Below, one piece after another: positions 27,014 through 40,900 of a DNA stretch of 64,000 nucleotides (position 1 is its first letter; every line of letters starts with the position of its first letter). The position numbers and the translations under genes were made by a program. The DNA comes from Eledone cirrhosa (Eukaryota). The notes under the pieces were generated by a model. The model did not search any database. It was given only the letters and a program-made list of their open reading frames with translations, and was not told the origin of the DNA. The stretch is taken from positions 93,868,001 through 93,932,000 of the forward strand of contig OZ024743.1 in assembly GCA_964016885.1 (NCBI GenBank), read 5' to 3'.

Positions 27014-27201
27014 GGCGGGGGATTGGCAGTATCGGTAGAATGTCGAACGCCATGCTTTGCAGCATAGAGTTACGCCCCTTTATGGTGTGAGTTCAAATCC
27101 TGCCGAGGTTCACTTTGCCTTTCATCCTTACGGGGGTCGATAAAATAAAGTACCAGTAATGCACTGGGATAATTGCTGGCCTTGTGCCAATAGGACAAAC
27201 A
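27014..27201 (+). mobile_element. tRNA-derived SINE family B
   Basis: B box GAGTTCAAATCC; core gcctttcatcc...gtcgataaaataaagtaccag; ~15-bp TSD ATTATTTATTCAAAA. Confidence 0.85.
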
Positions 27202-28024
27202 ATTATTTATTCAAAATAATCAAACCTATTTTACAAACGGGATAAAAAATATATATTCTGGACGCAGTCCTGCACTAGTTAAGATTGACTAATGATAAAT
27301 ATCTATTTTTTTAAAAAATATATGTTAGGAATTTGTACAATAATAATAATTCATAATATCGGAGGTGTGTGATCTCAATTCGGAGAAGTAGTGACTCTCT
27401 GATCTCTGTGCTACGCATGCTATTGAGTAAAGTTACTCCAAAGATCCTTTGGAGGAATCCCACTTTGTCAGCTTCTATTCACGATTGTATTCTTTCGGTC
27501 ATTATATTATAGTATATGGGCATGTGGTCAGAATATCTCAGGAAAGAATCACTGGACAGATTTTATGGGCTAAACCAACCGGCAGGAGACCCAAGGGTAG
27601 ACCCCGAGCAAGATGGTTGGATAACATCCATGAACTTGGCAGGTTTTGTTTCTGACAGGATCGGCTTGAAGAAGTGTGACTGCCCCCACGACCCACTTGA
27701 GAATAATAATAATGTTCAGCATTAGTAATGATAAAGTTTCGAGAATACCATTACAATAAATGAGAGGATAATAATTATTCATTGCTACAAAAAGACCCCC
27801 CCCCCCCCCCCCCCCTGCTTATTTAACAAGGGTGGTAGAATGTGAAAGTGCAAAATTTAGTTATGTCGTTAACACCATTTCATTTACTCGTTTGTTTTAG
27901 TTACATGAAGCTGGTATGGATTTATCTCTACCGAAGCACCCTTGTAAATTAGAAGGAATCAATGCTATTCTCTTCATTAAAGATACAATAAGTCTAATGA
28001 TTTCTCTTTTCTTTCTATTTTCAG

Positions 28025-28848
28025 GGAAGGGGTTCTAGGGATGGTCAACAAGCAACCGGGGGCAGCAGCGGCTACAGCAGCAGCAGCAGCAGCCTCAATC
28101 TCATGGCTACTACTCCAGGGGGCCGTACGTACAGGGGTTGGCGTAGGGGAAGGTAGGGCCAGCTCAGCTAAGTCAGGAGGGGGGTGGGTCCCTGCAAACG
28201 ACAGTTCCCCAACCGGAGGAGTTAATGGAAATAATTAAATTAAACTATGGAAAAAGGTTTTATTGGGGGGTGGATAATTTCTAGTTCCCTCTATTTCCTA
28301 TGTATTACTACTACTATAAAATTATAACTATTTGGGGATTGTCAAATTACCCCTGCAGCAGCAGCAGCAGCAGCAGCAATCTACTGGAAAGTAAAACAAA
28401 CATTCAAGTGATCATCAGCTTCATTGGGAGGGATGTGATTGGGAGGGATTTCCACATGTTTTCTTGTCCTACAGTGTCTGCATCCTGCCTCTGCTCACCG
28501 ACAAACTGATGATTATGCCACCAAACACAGCAAGTAGCTGCAGCCATCATCTCAACCACCACTACTACTACCACAACCACAACCACCACCACCACCACCA
28601 CCACGCTGTTCTCTCTCTCTCTCTCACTCAAATTCCCCCCCTCCCCTCCCCACCATAATCCTTTAATATCCTCCCCCAAGAATACAAGAATATATGTTGA
28701 CCCATGGCTGAATCTGCTTCAGTTTTGTATTTCCCATTTTTTTTTTTTATTGCATGCAGCAGAAGAAAAAAAAAGATGGATCCAACTGTTTGGATAGGGT
28801 CAACACTATTAAAGTGTGCATGTGCATACACATACACACACCCCGTAC

Positions 28849-28889
<41 letters not shown>

Positions 28890-29298
28890 AACCAACCTGT
28901 TTCCGATCTTACACATCATTGTGATGATCTCTCCATGTGGAGCAGATTGCCCCTTAAATGCACTCAGTGACTTTTAAACTACTTCTTAAAGGCAAAAAAA
29001 AAGAATGCAGCTTCAGTGCAGATGGCATTATCAGCTTAACAGATTGGCGCAAACGGCAACATTTGCCTGTCAGTCAGTGATTAGTGTGAACAGCACTTTG
29101 CTTGCATGCACTTAAAATTGCATGCTCCTGTTAAATTTTAAACCTGTTGAAATTTGCACATGTGTATTTTATGTGAGTGTGTATGTATGTATATATGTGT
29201 ATATGTATATATGCATATGCGTGTGTTTATATAATGTATAAGTGTAAATATACATTATATGCATGTATGTATGTAGTGTGCATATATACATGTGAAAG

Positions 29299-29330
<32 letters not shown>

Positions 29331-31985
29331 GCTGTATGTATAAATTTTTTTTTCTAGCAAACCTCCTTGATGGAGAAGCATGTCCTGTTACTTCTATATT
29401 GTAAAAGAAGCGATAATTGACAATAATAGAATGCTCTCTTAATCGGGCAAAGTACTATTGCTATTATAGGTACTCTACTACTTCTACTACTATTACACAA
29501 CAACGATTATTGACTTCCACCACTGGCTTTCAATTTGTCTGCTGATAACATATTCATTTATTTTTATTTTTTTATCATGTTGTGCCAGATATGGAGGCGG
29601 AACAATAGGAAACACTGCCACCAGTTGGAGACATAATAGAACATTTGAGTCTGAGGAAATATTGTATATGAGCTGGACTTAGTTATATTTCATCCTTACT
29701 GACGACTCTGAACATGCATATTCTTCCTTTTTCATTCTATTCTCATCTTTTTTACCACTAGTATCTCTACACTTTTTTTTATATATTATCTATACCCCTG
29801 TTTTTATAGATCCCTTCCTTGTCTGCTATCTCCCTGATTACTCTTAATGTTTTTTTTTTTAAATTTCTATTTGATGCTTGTTCAAGATTTTTATTGTATT
29901 TTTCAATTCTGAGAAAATTTATTTTTCTAAGACATCTTTTTAGAATGTTCTATTCTTGACAATAATTTTAATGTCTGTTTGCTAAAATACTGATCCCAAA
30001 ACAACTGTACATAATTTTTGATAATTTTTCCCCTTCCCCTACTTTTGCTCTGAGAAAAATTGGCTGAAAATTGTACTGTTTAGTGATTCAATAGTTTTGG
30101 TTGTGACAGCCCTGCCCTCATAACTCAGTCGCAATATTCCAAAACCTGTTTGGTGCTGAATTGAATAACATTGTCTGTTTCCTGGTGTTTGCCTTTGACT
30201 ATTGGGCAGTGTCATGAGGAACCATTCAGACTTGAATGAAATATTTATTATACACTTAAAAAAAAAAAACATTGAAGTATTTTATAATTCCTTTCTATAT
30301 ACAGTTGCTTTTTTCTTCTGTAACTATTTTGGGTCCATATTGTTGTACTGAGGTTATGGAGAGATTTTCTCAGCAAAATCCTTCTCAGTTCTTTTTCCCT
30401 GCAGGCTATTTGTTATACTTAGAGCTGCTAATCTGAGAAAAATTAAAATAGATTTATTAGAAAACTAGAGATTTGCTTTCCATTTATCAGTTTTGTGTCT
30501 TAGGATTCTGTTTTTTTTTTTTTTTCGTTTCTTTTAGTTTATCTTTTTTTAAAATAATGTTTAATAAATGGAAGTTTTAGGTCAAAATGTTTTGACCCTT
30601 CTTTCTTTTGGAGAAATAGTTATTTCCACTATTTCTGGGAAAAGGGGATTTTATGTTGCTGACAGCATTTTTCTGTTTAATAGATTGATCAAACATTCCT
30701 TCCCCTTCCATGAATAGTTTTGTAAAGTTCTGTGTCTTATGCCATGTATTTTGACACTTATTTCTATGGCTTCTTTTCAGTTTGGCCTATATAAATGCCC
30801 ACACACTATATCTTACTAGAAACAATTCTATAAAGCTATTTGTGCATATTGCTAGATTTAGGTTAGTCTGTAGTTGAAGAATTATCCAAACTGGTGATGT
30901 AACATTACTATAAGTTAATTGTACTGTAGTGATGATGTGTGGCTGAATTGTAACAGTGTCTTCCACACCTGGTCTCCTGCTAACTGGCTTTGCAATGTGT
31001 GTTGGCAGCATTTTGAAAGCATTGCCCTAGCCAAAAATGGCTTCTTTTTTTTCTGTGCTACTATTATGACAGATCTAATCAGTTTGGCTGGTGTTTTTGT
31101 CTCTTGTGCACATTTAAAAGCAATTTAACATCTATTATTGTTATTATTGTTGGTCACTATATAATTTGAGAATGGTTGGTATATTATTGTTGTTTGGTAA
31201 AGAAATTCCTACAATACAGTGTGGCTGTGTTTGCATTAATGCCTGCCGTTCTCTGGAAAACAAGTGAAATAGCATCACATTGTTGACTGTTGTGATTGAC
31301 TAACATTATTAAACTTATGGCATGCTAACTTTGAACATTTTTTTTTTGTTTTTTTTTTTTTGTCTCAATAACTGCTCTTATATTTTACATTAGCTAAGCC
31401 AGCACTGAAAGATTTTCACTTCGGTATTTTAACGATATACCTAAGTTTATCTTAGTTTTTGAAAATGTTTAAATCTATTCATCTGCTGCTTTTCAAATTT
31501 TCTTTTTCTAAATATTTCTTTGCTGTTAACTTAACTGTTATGGAAGAAACCAAATGATAAAGATTTACTCAACTATAAACATTTGTTGAGGCTCAATTAC
31601 AAAGAAAATATGCTGGCTTTGGCTTTAGTTAGGCATTATAGAAGTCAACTATTGTCTGCAAATTTAACACTGACACACACTCTCTCTCTTCAATATTCTT
31701 ACAATTAAGGCTATTAGCAGTTAATTTTTTTTCTGCTTTAGATTCTGTTCTGGCAGCAGCAACAACAGGTGTAGATAATCAGCCATTTATGTTGGTTATA
31801 TACTGGCTGTAATCAGTTAACAGGTTATGTAGTTAATAAAGGCATAACAGCAACTATTAAATTGTTTCAATTAACAAAGAAACCTGGTTGTCTGTTATAC
31901 TGCCAGACATTGTCTGCTTGTATGTTCTGTCTTCTGATTTAAAAGTAAAGCATGCTGAATAAACTGGTTGGTATCAATGGAAAAA
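28025..31985 (+). other. Probable terminal (3'-UTR) exon of transportin
   Basis: Strong polypyrimidine tract + CAG at 28024. About 4 kb without recognisable TE. AATAAA at 31958-31963 followed by T/GT-rich sequence. End approximate. Confidence 0.6.
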
Positions 31986-34856
31986 AAATTTAGTTTTCTT
32001 TATTTTGTGTCTATGCATGCTTTTGTTTATCATCATCATCATTTAACGACTATTTTCCATGCTTGCGTGGTCTACATCTAGCTCGTTTGTTTGCATCAGT
32101 TTGTTCTCGCACATGAAATAAACATATGGCTATTTGGATATTTGGATAGATGAAGAGACAAATCATCCCATGTTGAAATTGTCTATGATGGATTGTCCAA
32201 ATAATTGATTTGAACCGGTTCAAATCTAAAAGCTAATAGATTAAGATTTCTGTCAGGGAAGGGCTGTGGATAGTTGAAACTGTGATATGGAATTTGCTTT
32301 GCTGGAGAAACATTGGTGTTGCAGGATTCAAGGAAGATATAGAGCATTGACTATTTCATTCATCAGCTTATTCTCTGCAATTAACAAAAGTGGAAAATCT
32401 AGCCAAGACAGGCATTTCTGTTTCATCTATCCTTTCAAGGTCGATAAAATAACCTACCGGTCAAGTTCTGGGGGTGATTTGATAATTTTTCTTCCCTCAA
32501 ATTGTTGGTCCCGTGCCACTGTTAAAAATCATTATTACATCAAAGTGGACATCACTAATGCATTCCCAGAAGCATAGTAGGGTTTATAGCTTCAGTTATT
32601 AAAGAAAATGTAGAAAGCTTAGTGGGGAGAAAACTTGTGATTTTAAATAATTTGATAAGCAGTTTTATATACTTTATGGCTTCTGATAAAGAAAGCGAGC
32701 ACCTAATCTGCAAAGCACTTGATCTTATATAGAAATTCCTTGCCTGTGCCATAACAATACTGCATATATTTTGTGGAGGATAAGCTGTAAGCTATGCAGG
32801 AATGAAACACTTGGTCAATTCAGCAAACCCATCTACCTAATGACCATACTCATCATAACCTAAACATCTCTTCTCTCTCAGCCATTATACATCATAATTG
32901 ACTCCCCCCACATCCCAGTTCTGTAACCTACCCTTTTGTTTTCATTCTTTTCTTCAACCTTTTTACTATGGATGTAAAATCTCTATGCTGTCATCCACCA
33001 TGACAACAGATTCTTTTTCTTGATGAGTTCCACTAACAAATCACTGGAGTTGCTTTGGAATGGACCTCCATCAGTTTCGATGAGTGTTTCAGACTGCTCC
33101 TGAAATAAACGTGAGTGGCTGAACGTTCACAAATACATGTACCGTTATAATTCCCAGGGAGATTCGGTGTTACAAGGCTCACTTTGAATTACAGGTACAG
33201 TCCATCCAATGAGCTTCTAAACAGTTTCACTCGCTGGGCATGGTTCAATTTAAGGCTATTGTAAATGACTGGCCCAAGATACCATGCTGCATTCATGGAG
33301 TTACCTTAGAATTCACTTCTATCCCTGATACTTCCATCTTGGACATACCATTTTCAGCTCCCACATCCTACCTCTATTTCTTCTTGCATCTCTCACCAAA
33401 TTCACTATCTTTTCTCTGACTCTAGTCCCCAAGGTTGCCACCAACCCACATTGCCTTTCACCCTGCAACTTCTAATTTCTCCAAGCTAATCCTGCTGTCT
33501 ATTGAACCTGCAATTTCCTGATCAGCAACTCCTTTACTTGTCATTGCCACTGGATGTTGGTCATAGCTCCATCAGTTTCCCCAAAACTGGCTTGCCATTT
33601 CTACTCTCTTAGCCACTGCTGACTTTGTAAATGCAAACCTATTTTAAACCTGCCATAACTGGCCACCCATACTGATGTTGAGGTATTGTTCTCAAAATAA
33701 ATATCAAAATCTCAGATTCAATATTATGTGGGATAAAGCCCTTACTGCGAAAATGCAAGTATATATATATATATATATAAGAGAGAGAGAGTAATGCTAA
33801 AGGGTTAAATTTTTACATGTCTGCTCACTAAACTATCAACTCTGCAACTTTCCATCATTTCTGATGTTCATGCATCCAAGTGGGGTGGAACTCATCAAAT
33901 TAGACCAAGGAAACAATGGTCTTTACTACCAACAAGCTTTGTACTCCCTCAGCCTGCAGCAGGCTTGAAACTCAATTCACCGTTTAATATCTATTTTCTG
34001 TGCTTGCATGGGTTAGATGACTTTCTTGCTCATATGTTCCACTTTGGCATGGTTTCTATGACCAGATGTCAATCACTTTTTTTTGTGTTGTTAGCACTAT
34101 CACTTCAGAGTGGGCTGGATGCATTTTATGCACTTCCAATTTCCAGTGTGGGCCTAATGGATTTTCTTGTGAAACCAGTACTACAAAATAGCATTATGAC
34201 TGCATCAATATTAAAAATGAGATTTCTTAATACAGCTAATTTTCACAATGATCAGCCAACTAGTAATGATGTTATAAACAGTTAACAAACCAGTTTTTAA
34301 ACATTTTTTGCTAAATCATTACAAGATGTTAAGAATTAATGGAAAGCAGTTTCATAAATGATGAAAGATGTCTACAATAAGAATTGGGAGTGCGCAGATA
34401 GATTTATAAAAGTTTTATTTTTAAACAACCGATTTGCTATAAAATCAAGACGAAGGCTCATCCCCTTCCTTTTAAAAAACTGAGTACAAGACTTGCCCTG
34501 GACAGGGTTACCAACCCAGCTACTGCTGGTACTCAATCTCAGCTGAGTATACTAAAACAATGTCAGTGTTTTGCTCAACAACACAATGATCAAATGTCAA
34601 GCATCCTAACCATTAGGCCATGCAGCTTCAAAACAATTTCAAATTTCATCATGGGAGAGTCAGTTCAACAGAACAAGCTGAGACTTCAGAATTGTGTCCC
34701 CTTGTGGTACTTATTTACAACTGTGCGTGCTTCACAAATACAAACTATTGTCCTGGTTGGCTGGTACAATAAAACAACCAGCTTAGAACTAAAATAATTG
34801 TTCAGGACATAAACAGCCTTCTGTGACGCAAACTCTGGAACTACAATACAACCAGC

Positions 34857-34992
34857 CTAGAGCTGAAATAATTGTTCAGGACATAAACAACCTTCGGTGA
34901 CACATGCTCTGGCCCATTCTGAATTTAGGATGTGAAACTTCTTATTTGATTGACGTCGTTTAAGTTTGAACTCCTTTAACCTCGTCAAGTCA
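34857..34992 (-). CDS. LIG4: LIG4 last exon DLTRLKEFK...[26 protein letters not shown]
   Basis: 136 nt to TAG; candidate minus-strand AATAAA at 34414-34419. Confidence 0.9.
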
Positions 34993-37900
34993 CTGAAAAA
35001 GAAAAAATAAGTAAAATTTAATTCTTTTGTGAAAATTCTCAGTATTTTATTATTTGAATAATTCTGCAATTTATTGCTATTGGAGATATTTTATAACGTG
35101 AACTTGTGTGGCTTAGTGGTTAGAGAATTGAATTCATAATTCTGAGGTCACTTCATTTCATATTACTTGTCTGCCAGGAGTTCCAGCAATAAAAAAAAAA
35201 AAAACCTATAGAAACCTTGTCTAATTTGACAAGTACCACCCCACTTAGTAAACAAATGAGGTGTGGGAACTTGTCAATTGCAATTTCCCCTCATACTAAT
35301 TAATTATGTTGATGCATTTTTAGATGTTACTACTAAAATGTCTTAATGGTATAAATTAGCCAGCTATTTGTTGGTTTAAAATCTGCTACGGGTATTTAAC
35401 TGTTTCAAGTTATCAACAAATATATATTAGGTCATCATTATCGTTTAATGTCCATTTTCCATACCAGCATGGATTAAACAGGTTCTCCCCTTTGAGGCAA
35501 GTCTGGTCAAGTGACCGTGTCTTGCTCGGTTTCTAACCACATTTACAGTGTGTTTTATCAAAGAGGTGAAAGGGCTTCCTGCCATAAAACTAGACCTGAG
35601 CATCACTTCTCCAGGACCGAAGGAAATTTATTTTCAGAGTAGATTGTAGTTGTACTCTGCTTTCTCTGGAGTATGTGGCATAAATAAAATAGCTATAAAT
35701 AAGACTGTTTTTTGGTAAATCTGTAATTTTGTTGAGATTCATAATTGGAACTGCTTCATGTTTGCTTGAAGCATTGTAGAATATGAGATACAAATAAGAA
35801 ATAAGTTTGGTGTTGGGCTACCGAATAACCACACTTATTTCTATCTCATATATATATATTTTAATGGGTTGGCAAGATCCTAAATCTCACTTGCTTATCG
35901 AGTGGCATAGAACTCATCAAATTAGACCAAGGAAACAATATTTCCATTGCTGATACTATCTACTGGTCGCAACACCTGGCAGAAAGAGCAATTATGGAGG
36001 CACATGGCTTAGTAGTTAGAGCATTGGCCTTGCAATCGAAAGGTTGTGAGTTCAATTCTCAGACTGGGTGATGTGTTGTTTCCTTGAGCAAGACGCTTTA
36101 TTTCACATTGCTCCAGTTTACTCAGCTGTAGAAATGAGATGATAGGGACTGGGGTCCATATCATTCCACTGTAAAGTGGTCGTGGAGGTGCCACGGCAAA
36201 AAAGCACCCAACACTCACTGTAAATGAGGTTGGTGTTAGGAAGGGCATCCAGCTAGAATCAGTTCCCGTCCCAGCCTTGCAAGCAGGGAAAAGTGGACGT
36301 GGAATGAATGAATGAAAGTGTGTTGCTCAGAGATAACGCACTGCCCAGTCAGGAATCAAACTCACAACCTCACGATTGTGAATCTAATTGTCTAATCACT
36401 TAGCCATGCACCTTCATATATATAGTTTTTTAGAAAATCTTATGACAAGTTTTATACATTGTCATTTTTATATAAGAAATCTATAAAATAACATTGGTAT
36501 AGTCATATCTTCACAAATTTAAGGAAATAAAACTCACTTTTTGTCCATTATCAGATGAGATACTGAGTCATCTAATACGGGTAGAACTATGGCTCCAAAA
36601 TACCTCATTTCTAAAGCCAACAATGTTAATGGACAATCTGGAAGGTAACTGTCATCATAAGGATCCAATTTATTGTCCACATACACTCTAGAAATATAGT
36701 AAACAGTAAGAATATGACAGCTTTAAATTTTTTTTATTCTCTCACAAAGTTTTCAGTTGCTTCAAGTATTTTTCAATGTTATGATAAATATAAATAAAAT
36801 CATGAAATTCCCACCATATTTAAACATTTTTTTTTAATGTTCAAATTTATCATATTTCTTGACTAAAGAAATTTTAGCCTGATGGTGGGTTTTAGAACCC
36901 TCTAAGAAATGGAAAAAGATGAGTATTGACATACATGTACGTCAATACCCATCTTTTTAGAGGGTTCTAAACCCCACTATCAGGCAAAAATTTCTTCAGT
37001 AAAAAAAAAAGTGTCGATTTCTAATTTCAAACTCGCTGTTTCAAAACAAACTTGTTATATAATATTCAATACACTTTATTTCAGCACCCATCCTACGATA
37101 ATGTTAACCAAACCAATCGAGGAACTCTTCCTTGGTTGACCTCTACTGCTCTCTGTTTGGGTTTAATCATGTCTTCAGGAGTGTAGCTGTACCTGCCACA
37201 CTCTGTGGGTTGGTGAGGCTATTTAACCCATAGCTATTGACTCTGAGGAATTCATCTGCTTTTTTTACAGCTGTTGGGGTTCCACTCACCCTCCTTGCCA
37301 GACCAAACCAGGGTCTGGTAGGGGAGCCAGTTTAGTCACCAATCACTCAACCATGAAGCAGGTTACATGGTACCAGTAACAGACAAGCTTGCCGTGACAA
37401 TAAACTACTCAAGCACAATATCCATTCATGATGAAATGTGAACTGCCAGATCAGCAACCTCAGTTCAACCTATATAGTGGAAAAAAGCTTGACAAAACTG
37501 GTCAACAATACACATACTTGCACAACCGGAACAATCCATATGGAGATTCCATCGGGAAGTATTCTTCTTCTATTTCAGCAATCTCTTCGGGTTTTAAATA
37601 TTCAGTCTTTGTCTAAAAAAAAAAAAAAAAAAAAAAAAATTTATATGACTAAGATATGCATATTTTACAGGCACAATATAGAAATATTCCACTTATAGAG
37701 CAGAGCCATATATTTGATTTATGTTTTATAGAGTTGGATATAAATCAGTAAGCATGTCTTCTTCATCCACTTAGCCCCAGAACCCTCTTGGGAATGAGTC
37801 CTCAAACATGCTTTCCAGAAGCAACCATCTCTAATTGATCCGGTTGGTTCCCTAAGCGAGACCAGCCAAGCTCATGGATCTTCTCTTGGGTCTCCTGCTG

Positions 37901-40900
37901 GTTGGTTTTGCCTGTAAAATCTGTCCAACAATTCTTTCCTGAGACATTCTAACTACATGACCGTAATATTGGAGCTGTAATCTTGCAATTCGGAGAAATA
38001 GTGGCTCTACTTGGAATGACTCTCTGACCACCAAGCTATGCATTCTATCTATCTAGTAACGTTATTCTATAGACTCTTCAATTACCATATTTCCCAGCAT
38101 TGAAGATGCTATTTTTTCCTAAAATACATTTATGTACATCTGGGGGCAGTGACTCTCAAAGGCTGAGGTTACAAGAGCAGTTAAAGAGTTCAAATGTGGT
38201 AAGGCCGCTGGGGAAGATGAAATTCGGCCTGAGATGTTAAAAGCCTTCAATAGAGAAGGTGTTCTCTGGCTGACTCCTGTGTGCCAGGTGGCCTGGATCT
38301 CTGGAAAGGCACCAAAGCAATGGTAATTAGGAATAATAATCCCAAATTTCAAAAGGAGACAAGAGAGATTATTCCAATTACAGATGGATATTCTTGTTAA
38401 GCCTCCCCCGGTAAAGTCTATGCTAAGTGTTTGGCAGAGAAATTGTCGAGTCCAAGCTAGCTGATGAACACTGGTTTTCACCCTTGACACAACGCAGTTG
38501 ACCAAATATTCACACTACAGCAAGTCTTCAAGTTTGGGAGTATTGCCAAGAGGTATGTTCTTATTTTGAAAAGGCAAATGACCATGTTCCTCGGGGCCCT
38601 GCTGTGGAAGATTCTACAAGAGTATGGGATGATGGTCAGCTTCTTGCTGCCCTGTGTCTCCATGCAAATGCCCAAGTATTTGTGTTCGGATAAATGGTGC
38701 TAAATCAAAACCATTTAATGTCACCTCCTGCTTTGCAGCATAGAGTTCAAGTTCATACGTTCTGAGTTCAAATCCCACCAAGGTTAGCTTTGCCTTGGTC
38801 GATAAAATAAAGTACCAGTCACGCACTGGGCTCGATTTAATCGACTTTCCCCTCCACAAAATTGTTTGTCTTGTGCCTAAATTAGGAACAATGATTTACA
38901 TGAACAAGATTTACATGCGCAGCCAGGTTGGAAATGGTATGGTGTAAAATCAGTCAGATGACATGCTGTTACTGAACTAAATAGAAGGCGATCTCCAAAT
39001 GAAAATCAGTACTGCAAAAACTGAAATGCTTGTCCTCTCAATGAAGCCTGTGGAGAAGTTGAAGTATCTCAACCATGTTCATGAGTGATGAAAGGCAAGA
39101 GGCTGAATTAAACGCAAGAATTGCAGGAGCTGGTGTAGTAATGCACCAGCATTCAGTCATCAGAAGAAGGGAGGTAGGCATAAAAGCCAAACTTGCTATC
39201 TTCAATTCAGTATTCATGCCAACCCTTACCTATGGTCATGAATGTTGGGTAATGATCGAAAGAATACAATTGCAAATACAAGCAGCCGAAATGGACTTCT
39301 TCCGAAGGGGTTTTAGAATAAGTGGACGAAAAAGAATAGGATTAAATCTATCTTACCAACTGCACATTAGAAAAAATGTCTTCCAAGTTTTCATAAGTTG
39401 AATGACAAGTATAGTTGTCTCCATATTCATCAAAGTCTTCTCTTATTTTAGCATTTGTAGCCTCTGTGGCATGGATGATGTCTTTAGGACCCCTAGAAAA
39501 TATATATTTGCAATGTATGAATTTGTCAAATTTGCCAACCAAGACCTTGTCCGGGATCCCACATTTAAACCATCCGGCTTTGACCTTCCCAGAAGCAATG
39601 GGTGTCCCTTAATCGGATCTGCACAACACATGTCAGGACAGTCCATTGATGGAAAATGAAAGACAGCCCAGCATGTTGCTGTGGGGACTCTGACCAGACA
39701 GTACTACATGTTGTTCAGGATTGCCTCCTCAGACATCCTCCCAGTGGCCTGGAGGCAATCCATAATGCTGCAAATGATGCGTTGGTCTGGCTCACTGGTC
39801 TTCACCTGCCTCTCTAACTATTGTGCATATGTTATATGACAAGAAGAATGAATAAATTTATAATAAGCATTATTATACAATCTATGTCCAATGACCTGAT
39901 AATTCAAATATCCCCTTGTCCAAAACAATCCTTCAGAGCACAGTCCAGGGAGATCAAAGGAGAGGCAGACAAATAAAATCCTGGTCATAACACTGTTACA
40001 CTTCTATGCACGATGGAGAATAGAGACCAGTGGTGACAACTGACTCAAAAGCGTCTAGAATGGCACCCAAATGACTAGCTGCACCAGTTGTAGGAACGTG
40101 ATGGATTGATGAACCCTTCAAATATTTCAGATATCTAAAGGCTATTTCAGATATCGTAATTGTCAATATACAGGTGACAACTTTATTGTATTCCTATCTT
40201 GTTTTATAGTTTTTCTAAAAATACTTTTATATACCAGCATGATCTAGATCATCATAATTCAACATCCATTTTCCCTGCAAGTAAAGTTACTGAACAAGTC
40301 AGTACTTAACTAGAGCTAATAACATTCCAGATGGGCTGGGGGCAGGGTACATCTTCATTATATCTGTCATCACCTGGATGCAGCCTGACACCCTTAGAGT
40401 GTAAGCAGTTAAGAACTGAAACATTTGCTTGAGTGGGAGTTTCTTCCCTTAGGACCTGCTGTCCAGCTCTCCAGAGTTTCTTATCACTGTTCATGCACAC
40501 ACACACGCGCTCTCTCTTCCCCCCTCTCTATCTCTCTTTAGAGTACCCTGAGTACATTTTCGTGGCAGCAGTACTAGGGAGGTTGTCATGTTTCTGACAC
40601 AACTTAAGTATCCTTTCGACCTCCTTTGCTTGATTATTTTTTTATGGCTTGATGCCCTTCCTATATAGACCTTCAAATTTAGACATCCATTTATTTTTAT
40701 GGGCAAAACCAATGAGCAGGAGACCCTGGGTTAGACCCCGAGCAAGATGGTTGGATAACATCCATGAGCTTGGCTGGTCTTGGAGATTCAGCTGGATCAG
40801 TTGGAGATGGTTGCTTATGACAGGGCCCGCTGGAAGGAGTGTTTAAGAACTCTGCCCCCACATGGAATAAGTTGGCGAAGAAGAAGAGGGAGGAGGAGAT

